The position numbers and the translations under genes are program-made. This document shows, piece after piece, positions 16,041-23,865 of a stretch of 64,000 bases of DNA; position 1 is the stretch's first letter, and every line of letters begins with the position of its first letter. Under the pieces are notes generated by a model, which saw nothing but the letters and a program-made list of their open reading frames with translations, did not search any database and had not been told where the DNA came from. Source of the DNA: a phage; assembly GCA_036252695.1 (NCBI GenBank), contig GCA_036252695.1_4122.1. The stretch is one strand, 5' to 3'.

Positions 16041-16316
16041 ATGCGGATTCTACTGACAGCTAACGAAATCGAACAAGTACTGACTACTAACCTGGAAGAC
16101 TGGAAACGTGAAGCAGATATCCAGTCGGTTCAATGGCTTAACGATAAGTTAACGCCGGATGACTTAAGCAAGATTGTAGATCCTCAATTCTACGAAGATA
16201 TCCACGACACCGCGTTAAGCGTCGAGGATGTACTAGATAAGCACTTTATTGATACAGATTTGCAGGTTTACGGTCGTAAAAACTTTATCACTATTCACGA
16301 CATTTACAATACTTAA
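16041..16316 (+). CDS. hypothetical acidic protein
   Basis: RBS aaggaaa; ORF track. Confidence 0.65.
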   Translation: MRILLTANEIEQVLTTNLEDWKREADIQSVQWLNDKLTPDDLSKIVDPQFYEDIHDTALSVEDVLDKHFIDTDLQVYGRKNFITIHDIYNT

Positions 16317-16319
16317 GTA

Positions 16320-16382
16320 TTGACAAAGTATCTTAGTACTGTATAATAGTTTACATCAAGTGAGGGGAAACGGTTCCCCTCC
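16320..16382 (+). promoter_or_regulatory. sigma70 promoter + 5' stem-loop cassette
   Basis: -35 TTGACA 16320-16325, -10 TATAAT 16342-16347, hairpin gaggggaaacggttcccctc; duplicated at 16591. Confidence 0.75.
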
Positions 16383-16404
16383 TAACAAAGAGAGAGAAAT
16401 AAAA

Positions 16405-16587
16405 ATGGCTAAGTGCACTATCTGCAAGAAAGAAATAGTATTAGTTCCAAGTGCCCGTGAACGTGCCGCTCGGTTTGGTGGCAAAGCGTCAGACTATACA
16501 AAAATGTTTACTGCCCATACAGCTTGCCAGGTAGCAAAACGTTCACAAGAAAGCGTAGAATTAATGCGTAAACTTTCCAAAAAATAA
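16405..16587 (+). CDS. small Cys-containing protein (possible zinc ribbon)
   Basis: MAKCTICKKE...HTACQ; RBS agagagaga. Confidence 0.55.
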   Translation: MAKCTICKKEIVLVPSARERAARFGGKASDYTKMFTAHTACQVAKRSQESVELMRKLSKK

Positions 16588-16590
16588 GTA

Positions 16591-16652
16591 TTGACAAAGT
16601 ATCTTAGTACTGTATAATAGTTTACATCAAGTGAGGGGAATGGTTCCCCTCC
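16591..16652 (+). promoter_or_regulatory. sigma70 promoter + 5' stem-loop cassette
   Basis: -35 TTGACA 16591-16596, -10 TATAAT 16613-16618, hairpin gaggggaatggttcccctc. Confidence 0.75.
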
Positions 16653-16674
16653 TAACAAAAAGAGAGAAATTAAA

Positions 16675-16998
16675 ATGACTATGATCCTTACCCAGAAAGT
16701 AGAAATGAAAATTGTAACTTCCTTTGACATTAAAGTTAATCGGTGGACTGATAGCCACGGCAATACTTACCACTCATGCTACGTGTCTGCATTGATTGGT
16801 GACCGCTGGGAAGACCTGGGACATGAAACCTTTACTTACGGTTACGGTACACAAGGCGAATACACGGGCTTGGAGATCATTAAAGAAACCGTTATAGGTT
16901 TCAACCCGAAAGAAAAAGTTATTCACCGCATCGAGGAAGAGATCAACAAAGAAATTACAGTTCGTTACTACGATGTAAAACGTAAGAAAGACATGTAA
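16675..16998 (+). CDS. hypothetical early protein (paralog of 9591..9914)
   Basis: NRWTDSHGNTYHSC...ETFTYGYG...VKRKKDM. Confidence 0.7.
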   Translation: MTMILTQKVEMKIVTSFDIKVNRWTDSHGNTYHSCYVSALIGDRWEDLGHETFTYGYGTQGEYTGLEIIKETVIGFNPKEKVIHRIEEEINKEITVRYYDVKRKKDM

Positions 16999-17020
16999 TA
17001 GAATCCATTTAAAGTACTAT

Positions 17021-17049
17021 TTGACATTGCCCAGATAGTACTTTATAAT
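17021..17049 (+). promoter_or_regulatory. sigma70 promoter
   Basis: -35 TTGACA 17021-17026, 17-nt spacer, -10 TATAAT 17044-17049. Confidence 0.7.
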
Positions 17050-17097
17050 AGACTCTAACTTGTAGTACTAATTAACTTAACTAATAGGATGTACACC

Positions 17098-17493
17098 ATG
17101 ATTACTAAATTCTTCGCTACCCGTGAACAAGCTCGCATCGTTGCCCGTGAAGAAGGTGAAACATTTAAAGACATGGGCAAAGATGCACCGAAAGGACAAC
17201 GCTGGGCGGTACAGTTCAAAGAGATCTCTGATATTGTGAATTCACCTGAACCAGTACTTACTGAAGCAGAACTGAAGAAAGCTCAAGAACTGGCTGAAGT
17301 ACTGAACGCTCAAGATGACTTCTTGAAAGGTTCTGATATTCAAGTACAAGTGAATAGTAATGCATGGACTCACGCGGATCACCTGGCAAACCTTAAGCGT
17401 CCAAGTGAACTGATTCGTAACCAGAAAGAGATTCGTCATGACCGTAAAGGAAACCGTGTAACAGTATACAGTAAACGCCGCCAGGTTATCTAA
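17098..17493 (+). CDS. hypothetical early protein (paralog of 4056..4322)
   Basis: FATREQARIVAREEGETFKDMG...RKGNRVTVY. Confidence 0.65.
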   Translation: MITKFFATREQARIVAREEGETFKDMGKDAPKGQRWAVQFKEISDIVNSPEPVLTEAELKKAQELAEVLNAQDDFLKGSDIQVQVNSNAWTHADHLANLKRPSELIRNQKEIRHDRKGNRVTVYSKRRQVI

Positions 17494-17516
17494 TAACTTT
17501 GCAGTACTAACAACAC

Positions 17517-17542
17517 GGCGGGAACTATTCCCGCCTTTTTTA
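17517..17542 (+). terminator. intrinsic terminator
   Basis: ggcgggaactattcccgcc + ttttttat. Confidence 0.7.
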
Positions 17543-17555
17543 TAGGATAAACAAA

Positions 17556-17810
17556 ATGATTAAGGTTCAACTATCAAACGATAATGTATTACGGGTACAC
17601 TATAAAGCCCCACAGAGAATCATCACAAAGGCCGTACAGCTTGCTAATGAGTTTATTAATGGTAGTCTATTGCCTAGGAAGTTAAGCAACGGGAAACTAC
17701 GTGTTATCGATGTAGACACTAACAATAGAATAGTGATCGAGAGTACTGGAAAAATTAATCTATATGAACACCAACAATACAATAAAAAAATAAAACTAAT
17801 ATCACGTTGA
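17556..17810 (+). CDS. hypothetical protein
   Basis: RBS aggataa; ORF track. Confidence 0.55.
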   Translation: MIKVQLSNDNVLRVHYKAPQRIITKAVQLANEFINGSLLPRKLSNGKLRVIDVDTNNRIVIESTGKINLYEHQQYNKKIKLISR

Positions 17811-17835
17811 CAGTACTCAAATGTTTTAGTATTAT
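17807..17835 (+). promoter_or_regulatory. sigma70 promoter
   Basis: -35 TTGACA 17807-17812, -10 TATTAT 17830-17835; module duplicated at 18088. Confidence 0.65.
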
Positions 17836-17868
17836 GTATCTATACCAACACAGAGAGAGAGAAACAAA

Positions 17869-18087
17869 ATGAAATTATCTAAAATCGAAAAGAAAACTAT
17901 TGATGAAGCAGTGAAGCACGGTTATACCTTTCGTAATGATTCACACTTCACTAGTTTTCAACAGGGAAACCGTACCATCAAAAAACTCATTGATAAAGGT
18001 TTACTCACTAAGGTTGATAACGGGAACGGTGTAGAATATCAACCGACAGAAGACGCATTATCACTAAAGAAATATTCTATTATCTAA
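17869..18087 (+). CDS. hypothetical protein
   Basis: RBS agagagaga; ORF track. Confidence 0.6.
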   Translation: MKLSKIEKKTIDEAVKHGYTFRNDSHFTSFQQGNRTIKKLIDKGLLTKVDNGNGVEYQPTEDALSLKKYSII

Positions 18088-18116
18088 TTGACAGTACTCA
18101 AATGTTTTAGTACTAT
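18088..18116 (+). promoter_or_regulatory. sigma70 promoter
   Basis: -35 TTGACA 18088-18093, -10 TACTAT 18111-18116. Confidence 0.6.
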
Positions 18117-18144
18117 GTACGCATACCAACACGGGGAAAACAAA

Positions 18145-18387
18145 ATGATTACTTTAGAAAAACGTATCAAAGAGACTACAACGCTGGTGGAACTGTTAAC
18201 CGTTCTTAAATGCCGGGTAACTCCATTCAGTACACCGGACTTTATCAACATGGTGGACGTTAACGGTCGATATCGTATTGCGGTCGAACAAGGTACGGCA
18301 AAAGTATTCAGTACTAAAAATACGCGTGAAGTATTCCACGCAGTTCAAGTAAAAAAAGTAGTTGCCATTGATAGTAAAGTACTGTAA
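18145..18387 (+). CDS. hypothetical protein
   Basis: ATG 18145 after acggggaaaacaaa RBS region. Confidence 0.55.
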   Translation: MITLEKRIKETTTLVELLTVLKCRVTPFSTPDFINMVDVNGRYRIAVEQGTAKVFSTKNTREVFHAVQVKKVVAIDSKVL

Positions 18388-18418
18388 TATAGTTTCATTA
18401 ACTCAAGGAGTCAACACA

Positions 18419-19003
18419 ATGCGTAACTATACTAAATTCATCCGTTCACTTCATGCAATGGAAACCAACAAAGAGATCCTTTCAGCTTGTCGGTTAGCTG
18501 GACTGGAGATCGTCGGTGCGGGTTCTTCCCGTATTGTATTCGCTTTAAATGATCGGTTAGTGATTAAGGTCGCGAATTGTGATGCGGGTGTAGAACAAAA
18601 TGAAACTGAATGTAAGGTATGGAATTTTTTAGATTATGACCGTCCGCACCTTAAACAGTACTTTGCTAAAGTGCATATGCATTTATGCGATCCTGATAAT
18701 CTGTTTATTGTTATGGATCGTTTGAGTACTGCAAGCAAAGGCAGTGTAAAGCATGTAAACGCGTGCAATGAGTTAAAGTACAATATTAAACGTAATACGG
18801 TAGAACGCCATCACCATTTCGCTGATGCTCTCAATCACGTTGATGATACATTATCCACACTAACGATAAGAGATATCAGAAAACAGAATATCGGCCAGGA
18901 TCGCAACGGCTTGATTAAAGTACTTGATTACGGTTTAACCCGCAATATCTGGAATCAGTACTATAAAAAACGTGATGTTAACGCGATAACTATAACACGA
19001 TAA
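18419..19003 (+). CDS. putative minimal Ser/Thr protein-kinase-like protein
   Basis: Gly-rich loop GAGSSRIVF, VIKV lysine, catalytic-loop-like IRDIRKQNI, DFG-like LDYG; RBS aaggag. Confidence 0.45.
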   Translation: MRNYTKFIRSLHAMETNKEILSACRLAGLEIVGAGSSRIVFALNDRLVIKVANCDAGVEQNETECKVWNFLDYDRPHLKQYFAKVHMHLCDPDNLFIVMDRLSTASKGSVKHVNACNELKYNIKRNTVERHHHFADALNHVDDTLSTLTIRDIRKQNIGQDRNGLIKVLDYGLTRNIWNQYYKKRDVNAITITR

Positions 19004-19011
19004 AAAAGATT

Positions 19012-19205
19012 AAAAAAGGGATTGACTCCAGTCAGTCCCTTTGCTATTATATATTCATTGAGAGATAACTCACTGACCCATAGGGTGCGGAAGTGTATCT
19101 ATTATATAAGTATTCAGTACTGAAAACTATTTTATAAAAAGTACTTGCAAACTATCTCAATGAGCGTATAATGTTTTATATCGAGAGGGGGAAATGGTTC
19201 TCCCT
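19012..19205 (+). repeat. dispersed ~190-bp intergenic module (near-identical to 11717-11910)
   Basis: Same hairpin/promoter, acccatagggtgcgg box and promoter cassette. Confidence 0.85.
19145..19205 (+). promoter_or_regulatory. sigma70 promoter + 5' stem-loop cassette
   Basis: -35 TTGCAA 19145-19150, -10 TATAAT 19167-19172, hairpin agggggaaatggttctccct. Confidence 0.75.
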
Positions 19206-19227
19206 GGTACTAAAAGGAATCAAGACG

Positions 19228-19449
19228 ATGACTACTATGACATGCGTTCACGCTTCAAATCTTCTGAATGATGCAGCATTTAAAGCAGGTGAAGAATATC
19301 AATGCTATCGGGATGAAAATAAAAAAGTTTTCGTCGTTGATGCTAACGGTTTCCATATTGAATTACAATCCGGCTTCACTGGTGTTGATGGTAAATCAGT
19401 ATGGGGCGTACAGGATGATAACGGTACATATCATTTTAAACGTAATTAA
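19228..19449 (+). CDS. hypothetical early protein
   Basis: RBS aaaagga; ATG 19228. Confidence 0.6.
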   Translation: MTTMTCVHASNLLNDAAFKAGEEYQCYRDENKKVFVVDANGFHIELQSGFTGVDGKSVWGVQDDNGTYHFKRN

Positions 19450-19452
19450 GTA

Positions 19453-19511
19453 TTGACAAAGTATATCAGTACTGTATAATAGTTTACATCAAGGGGAGAA
19501 TAGCTCTCCCC
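19453..19511 (+). promoter_or_regulatory. sigma70 promoter + 5' stem-loop cassette
   Basis: -35 TTGACA 19453-19458, -10 TATAAT 19475-19480, hairpin ggggagaatagctctcccc. Confidence 0.75.
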
Positions 19512-19533
19512 ACCAATAAAAGGAAACAAAATT

Positions 19534-19806
19534 ATGTCCAGCTACTCCGCTACTATGATTATTAAAGATATGAACGGTAATCCTACTTCTGCTGGTGGAT
19601 CATTTGGTAACATTAATTTAGATGGGCGGTTATCAATTGAATCAGCCATCAATGCAGCGAAAGAAGTTTTTAAGAATGAATGTACTGTAAGCAAACTGGA
19701 TTATATGGGCTTCGCTATCGAGAAAACTAATCGTTTTGTGGACTACAAAAAACCACTGATGATTGATACTAACCTGAAAGCAAACGAAGTGGAATACTTA
19801 TTATGA
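19534..19806 (+). CDS. hypothetical early protein
   Basis: RBS aaaggaaa; ORF track. Confidence 0.65.
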   Translation: MSSYSATMIIKDMNGNPTSAGGSFGNINLDGRLSIESAINAAKEVFKNECTVSKLDYMGFAIEKTNRFVDYKKPLMIDTNLKANEVEYLL

Positions 19807-19994
19807 CAGTAGAAGAAGTTAAAAAAGTACTGGCAGTACTACGCTATCATAATCATTGTAAGGTGAAGAATGATCCTGATTATCTTGATTCATCGCTGGA
19901 AGAGGATACACTACAAGCAATAAGCCATATGCAAAAAATGCTTAAGCGTATGACCGAAAAGAACAGGCCGGACTATATCGGAAATAAAATTTAA
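19803..19994 (+). CDS. hypothetical protein
   Basis: ATGA start/stop overlap with upstream gene. Confidence 0.5.
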   Translation: MTVEEVKKVLAVLRYHNHCKVKNDPDYLDSSLEEDTLQAISHMQKMLKRMTEKNRPDYIGNKI

Positions 19995-20001
19995 AAAGTA
20001 C

Positions 20002-20058
20002 TTGCATTGTAAGTAAAACAAAGTATAATGTTTTACATAGGGGGAGATATCCTCCCCC
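20002..20058 (+). promoter_or_regulatory. sigma70 promoter + 5' stem-loop cassette
   Basis: -35 TTGCAT 20002-20007, -10 TATAAT 20024-20029, hairpin gggggagatatcctccccc. Confidence 0.75.
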
Positions 20059-20077
20059 ACTAATAAGGAGTACTAAA

Positions 20078-20302
20078 ATGGCTAACTTTGATGAACTGAT
20101 GCGGGAAGTAGCTACCCTGGCAGAAGAGAAGAAATCATTTGATTCTATCTATAACACCGCTTACAGTGATTCAGTACTGGCATGTACTCAGGATCAAAAA
20201 GATGAACTGATCGCCACCTATCATGAAGCATGGAAGTATTACCGCCAATGGGAGAAAGAAGAAAGCGAGTCTACCATCAACGGCATCAATAATCTAATCT
20301 AA
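20078..20302 (+). CDS. hypothetical acidic protein
   Basis: RBS aaggag; ORF track. Confidence 0.65.
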   Translation: MANFDELMREVATLAEEKKSFDSIYNTAYSDSVLACTQDQKDELIATYHEAWKYYRQWEKEESESTINGINNLI

Positions 20303-20320
20303 AGTTTTATTTCAGTACTA

Positions 20321-20349
20321 TTGACAATGCGTGATAGTACTGATGTAAT
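20321..20349 (+). promoter_or_regulatory. sigma70 promoter
   Basis: -35 TTGACA 20321-20326, -10 TGTAAT 20344-20349. Confidence 0.55.
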
Positions 20350-20377
20350 AACTTTACTAACTACAAGGGGAAACATA

Positions 20378-20635
20378 ATGGAACAGTTCACACAATATCG
20401 GGTAAATCCTCAAGCTATGGCCTACGTAGAAGACCATAAAACATTACCAGTACAGACACCAATCAAAGGCCGTATCTATCGTGCTATGCAGTGGAATAAC
20501 GCCTATAATGGCTATAAAGCGGTAGCGGCTGCAATGTACTTAGGGGATGGCGAATGGTTTGATCCAAATAATCCTGGTGCACTAGATAGTACTGAACAAA
20601 TGACATGGGCCGACTATATCGAAGATATTTCATAA
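20378..20635 (+). CDS. hypothetical protein
   Basis: RBS aagggga; ATG 20378. Confidence 0.6.
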   Translation: MEQFTQYRVNPQAMAYVEDHKTLPVQTPIKGRIYRAMQWNNAYNGYKAVAAAMYLGDGEWFDPNNPGALDSTEQMTWADYIEDIS

Positions 20636-20642
20636 AAACTAT

Positions 20643-20703
20643 TTGACAGTACTACAAGATAATGTATAATGTTTTACATAGAGCGGGGGAATAGTTCTCC
20701 CGC
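20643..20703 (+). promoter_or_regulatory. sigma70 promoter + 5' stem-loop cassette
   Basis: -35 TTGACA 20643-20648, -10 TATAAT 20665-20670, hairpin gcgggggaatagttctcccgc. Confidence 0.75.
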
Positions 20704-20723
20704 ACCTTTAGGAGTAAAACATT

Positions 20724-20924
20724 ATGTCAATCGCTAACGAATTGGTTGCAGTACTGAATGAAGCAAAAGCCAACTGCATCGATGTACAGATCAAAGAGCT
20801 TGGCAATGGCTTGATCGGCTGTACTTGTACAGTGCAAACGGCTACCGATTATCGGGAAGTGGAATCACTCGAATCACTGGTACGGTATATTAAAATCCTG
20901 GTAGAAGATTGGAGAATCATCTAA
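20724..20924 (+). CDS. hypothetical protein
   Basis: RBS taggagt; ORF track. Confidence 0.6.
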   Translation: MSIANELVAVLNEAKANCIDVQIKELGNGLIGCTCTVQTATDYREVESLESLVRYIKILVEDWRII

Positions 20925-20940
20925 CAAAAAAGAATAAAAA

Positions 20941-21105
20941 AAAGGGATTGACTCCGGTCAGTCCCTTTGCTATTATATACGCATAGACAAAAACTAGCCC
21001 ACAGGGTGCAGAGAAGTATCTATAAGATAGTTAATAACGGTGAGTAACTATCTGCTGGTGGATGTAATGCCAGTACTCAAAACTATTTCAAAAAAAGTAT
21101 TGACA
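20941..21105 (+). repeat. dispersed intergenic module (copy similar to 15725-15900)
   Basis: aaagggattgactccggtcagtccctttgctattatatacgcatag + agcccacagggtgc. Confidence 0.85.
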
Positions 21106-21127
21106 AAGTATATCAGTACTGAGATAA
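21100..21127 (+). promoter_or_regulatory. sigma70 promoter
   Basis: -35 TTGACA 21100-21105, -10 GATAAT 21122-21127; module duplicated at 21417. Confidence 0.65.
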
Positions 21128-21182
21128 TGTATCTCGTAGGGCGGCAATAGTGCAGCCCACCTCCAAAAGAGCGAGATATAAA

Positions 21183-21398
21183 ATGGCGTTAACCAAACAA
21201 GAAATTATCGACCGTATCAAAGAGTCAACTGGCTGGTATGTTGGGGACCGTTTAATTGTTAAAGTTCTCGATTATTCAAATAATCCTCTTGCACCGGAAC
21301 CAGTGGCATACAAATTATCCTGGATATCTGCGTTTAGCGGTAAGCGTGAAAGATGTGTGTACTATCCGAACACAGTCGGGCTACAGTTCTGTAAATAA
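21183..21398 (+). CDS. hypothetical protein
   Basis: ATG 21183; ORF track frame. Confidence 0.55.
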   Translation: MALTKQEIIDRIKESTGWYVGDRLIVKVLDYSNNPLAPEPVAYKLSWISAFSGKRERCVYYPNTVGLQFCK

Positions 21399-21416
21399 AT
21401 TTTAATAGAAAAAGTA

Positions 21417-21445
21417 TTGACAAAGTATATCAGTACTGCAATAAT
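21417..21445 (+). promoter_or_regulatory. sigma70 promoter
   Basis: -35 TTGACA 21417-21422, -10 AATAAT 21440-21445. Confidence 0.6.
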
Positions 21446-21498
21446 GTATCTCGTAGGGCGGCAATGGTGCGACGGCCCACAAAGTTAGGAGATTCACC

Positions 21499-21825
21499 AT
21501 GAGTACTTCAATCGCTATCGTTAAAGCTTTCATCCGTACCAATTTCGACCGCATTACTGTTGATGGTAATGATCGGGAAGTAGAATACTCTTTCATTGTT
21601 GCACAAACCGCAAACGGTGCACGCTATATCTTAAACGATAGTGAAGCTAACCACTACTTCTATAATAAAGGATTACACTACATCCCTAGCGAAGTAGTCT
21701 ACAGTAAGATGAATAAGCTGGTAGACAAGATTAACGCTAAAGGTACTATCGATTTACAGTACTGGACCGAAACCGATCCAGAATACGGATCACATCGTTA
21801 CCTGAATCCAGGAATTAAAATGTAA
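21499..21825 (+). CDS. hypothetical protein
   Basis: RBS taggaga; ORF track. Confidence 0.65.
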   Translation: MSTSIAIVKAFIRTNFDRITVDGNDREVEYSFIVAQTANGARYILNDSEANHYFYNKGLHYIPSEVVYSKMNKLVDKINAKGTIDLQYWTETDPEYGSHRYLNPGIKM

Positions 21826-21833
21826 AAAGTACT

Positions 21834-21894
21834 TGCATTGTACTTAGAATCAAGTATAATGTTTTACATAGAGAGGGGGAAATGGTTCTCCCTC
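21834..21894 (+). promoter_or_regulatory. sigma70 promoter + 5' stem-loop cassette
   Basis: -35 TTGCAT 21834-21839, -10 TATAAT 21855-21860, hairpin gagggggaaatggttctccctc; same promoter sequence as 15864. Confidence 0.75.
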
Positions 21895-21914
21895 CTAAAT
21901 TAAGGAGTTTTATC

Positions 21915-22316
21915 ATGACCTTCTCAATCACTTCCTTCGCTGACGTTTTAGTACTGGCTCGGACTTTTGGTAAAGATGCACTGGAGTACGCTGTAAGTAA
22001 TGGCACTCTCCAACCGGAACAATGCCGCATCATTGGAAACTGCAAACGTTGGGCGGTATCCAATACTATTGCACTAGAAAACTTCAACGATGGTAACAAT
22101 GAGTATTCAGTTGATGCAGTATTCGAAGCCGTTGATCTTGGCGGTATCTATAACACTAACCTAAATGATGTGCGTATCGTTCGCACGGGGTTCGGTGCTT
22201 ATGATGTATCTATCCGTGAAGCTATGAACACCGGATACATTAGTAAGGACTTACTTGCTCACATCATGCAGCTATGGACGGAACGTAACGAAGCACGCAC
22301 TATCTTAGGGCTGTAA
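21915..22316 (+). CDS. hypothetical protein (133 aa)
   Basis: RBS taaggag; ATG 21915. Confidence 0.65.
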   Translation: MTFSITSFADVLVLARTFGKDALEYAVSNGTLQPEQCRIIGNCKRWAVSNTIALENFNDGNNEYSVDAVFEAVDLGGIYNTNLNDVRIVRTGFGAYDVSIREAMNTGYISKDLLAHIMQLWTERNEARTILGL

Positions 22317-22340
22317 GCATTACACATCACCAAACATCAT

Positions 22341-22360
22341 AGGCCGCTCTCTAGCGGCCT
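22341..22360 (+). terminator. hairpin, possible weak terminator
   Basis: aggccgctctctagcggcct; no T tract. Confidence 0.3.
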
Positions 22361-22384
22361 TAACTATATCAGGAGGGCATACAT

Positions 22385-22594
22385 ATGTTCTATACAGTAT
22401 ACAGCGTTCTAGGTACTATTGCTGGCGTACATGATAACGTCAGTGATGCTATGCGTACAGTACTGCAACAGGTTCCACTAAAGCCTAAGACTGTTAAGCA
22501 GATGACAGCACGACTAACCAGGGCGACGGATGGCGTGGAAGTATGGCAGGACTACGGGGATACACAGATAATCGTTAGCGTAACGAAGGATTAA
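22385..22594 (+). CDS. hypothetical protein
   Basis: RBS aggaggg; ORF track. Confidence 0.6.
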   Translation: MFYTVYSVLGTIAGVHDNVSDAMRTVLQQVPLKPKTVKQMTARLTRATDGVEVWQDYGDTQIIVSVTKD

Positions 22595-22625
22595 TGCGTA
22601 AAGGGATCTAGTACTGATTCAGAAA

Positions 22626-22690
22626 AAAGTCAAGGCGTTTTTAAAATAATGCGTTAAAAAAATGCATAGGTAATCCCTTGACTTTTTTAA
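22626..22690. repeat. inverted repeat at the compositional boundary
   Basis: aaaaagtcaagg 22626.. and reverse complement ccttgacttttt ..22690, ~35-nt loop. Confidence 0.6.
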
Positions 22691-22785
22691 AATAAAAGGG
22701 ATTGGACTATGGCAAAATGCGTAGGGGGCTAAAGGGCGGGTAACCTTAGCGACTTCGATAAAGGGGTATTACGAATAAAATGTTA

Positions 22786-22813
22786 TTGACTTTTTATACA
22801 ATTCATATATTAT
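22786..22813 (+). promoter_or_regulatory. sigma70 promoter at head of the LGTNYQ-family array
   Basis: -35 TTGACT 22786-22791, -10 TATTAT 22808-22813. Confidence 0.55.
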
Positions 22814-22843
22814 ATGATTGATATTATTTTCAAGGGAGTCCCT

Positions 22844-23041
22844 ATGCGTATTTTAACTCAAGCAGAACACCACGAAAGACTTATCAATAACATGGCTATG
22901 ATAATGTATAAGTCACATGACCGTGGTATTGCCTATAAGCGTGAATTAATTATGGCACTATTCATTGGGACTAACTATCAGGAAAGGTATGTCAAGGATT
23001 GGATTTGGTATTTAATTGAAGATGTAACGAGTAAACTATGA
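22844..23041 (+). CDS. LGTNYQ-family small protein (A1)
   Basis: RBS caaggga; motif FIGTNYQERYV. Confidence 0.6.
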   Translation: MRILTQAEHHERLINNMAMIMYKSHDRGIAYKRELIMALFIGTNYQERYVKDWIWYLIEDVTSKL

Positions 23042-23238
23042 AAATGCGTAAATTAACCGAAAAAGAATATCAAGCACTGTTACGTAAAAACTTCACAAAG
23101 ATTTATAATACAGACTCACACGTAGAACGAATGGAGTTATACCTTTTGATTACATTGGGAACTAACTATCAGGATGCATGGGTAACGAAATATGTGGATA
23201 CATTGAAAAATGAAATTTTGTCCACGAGGAAACAATGA
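23038..23238 (+). CDS. LGTNYQ-family small protein (A2)
   Basis: ATGA coupling; TLGTNYQDAWV. Confidence 0.6.
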   Translation: MKMRKLTEKEYQALLRKNFTKIYNTDSHVERMELYLLITLGTNYQDAWVTKYVDTLKNEILSTRKQ

Positions 23239-23444
23239 AAACTATAACACGAACCCAATCATACGGTCTTATCTTGAAATACATGGACTTAATGGTGGAT
23301 ATCAGCAAAGACCTTCCTAAAACTGAAATTGAAGTTGCAAGAGCAGAGATCCGTATGTTGGCTGTACTGAACACAAACCATCAGGAAGAGTATGTTCAAG
23401 ATTGGATTCGATTTTTAATAGAAGATATTAAGAGTAAACTATGA
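23235..23444 (+). CDS. LGTNYQ-family small protein (A3)
   Basis: ATGA coupling; VLNTNHQEEYV. Confidence 0.6.
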   Translation: MKTITRTQSYGLILKYMDLMVDISKDLPKTEIEVARAEIRMLAVLNTNHQEEYVQDWIRFLIEDIKSKL

Positions 23445-23653
23445 TTATATTAACACCTGAAGAATATAAGAAACGTTTTAAATCTGTCCAGGCTGAAATA
23501 TTACTTATATACCTTTCAAATGCAGATCTTAACTTATCAAGGGTAATGGAGAAGGATTTACTTATGGGTGCATTTTTGGATACAGACTTTCAGGAGTATT
23601 ATGTAGGAGAATACTTTATTGCACTTCAGAACCACATTAAGAGTAAACTATGA
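23441..23653 (+). CDS. LGTNYQ-family small protein (A4)
   Basis: ATGA coupling; FLDTDFQEYYV. Confidence 0.6.
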   Translation: MIILTPEEYKKRFKSVQAEILLIYLSNADLNLSRVMEKDLLMGAFLDTDFQEYYVGEYFIALQNHIKSKL

Positions 23654-23865
23654 TTATTCTAGAAAAATCATATCAATATACTGAACGCATCGCTGCCAGA
23701 CAACTTGAAATCCTCATAATATACGAAGAGACTTCTGATTTAAACTTAGCCGAGGTATTGGAAAATGAAATACTTTTGGGTGCATTCTTGGGAACAGACT
23801 ATCAGGAGTATTATGAGGAAAAGTATTTGTCATCTCTTGAGAAATACGTCAGGAGCAAACTATGA
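23650..23865 (+). CDS. LGTNYQ-family small protein (A5)
   Basis: ATGA coupling; FLGTDYQEYYE. Confidence 0.6.
   Translation: MIILEKSYQYTERIAARQLEILIIYEETSDLNLAEVLENEILLGAFLGTDYQEYYEEKYLSSLEKYVRSKL

Noticed and set aside
16330-16360. LexA (SOS) box resemblance in promoters of the form tactgtataatagtttacat
   Set aside because: Spacing is CTGT-N10-ACAT rather than CTGT-N8-ACAG; the resemblance comes from the AGTACTG motif next to TATAAT.
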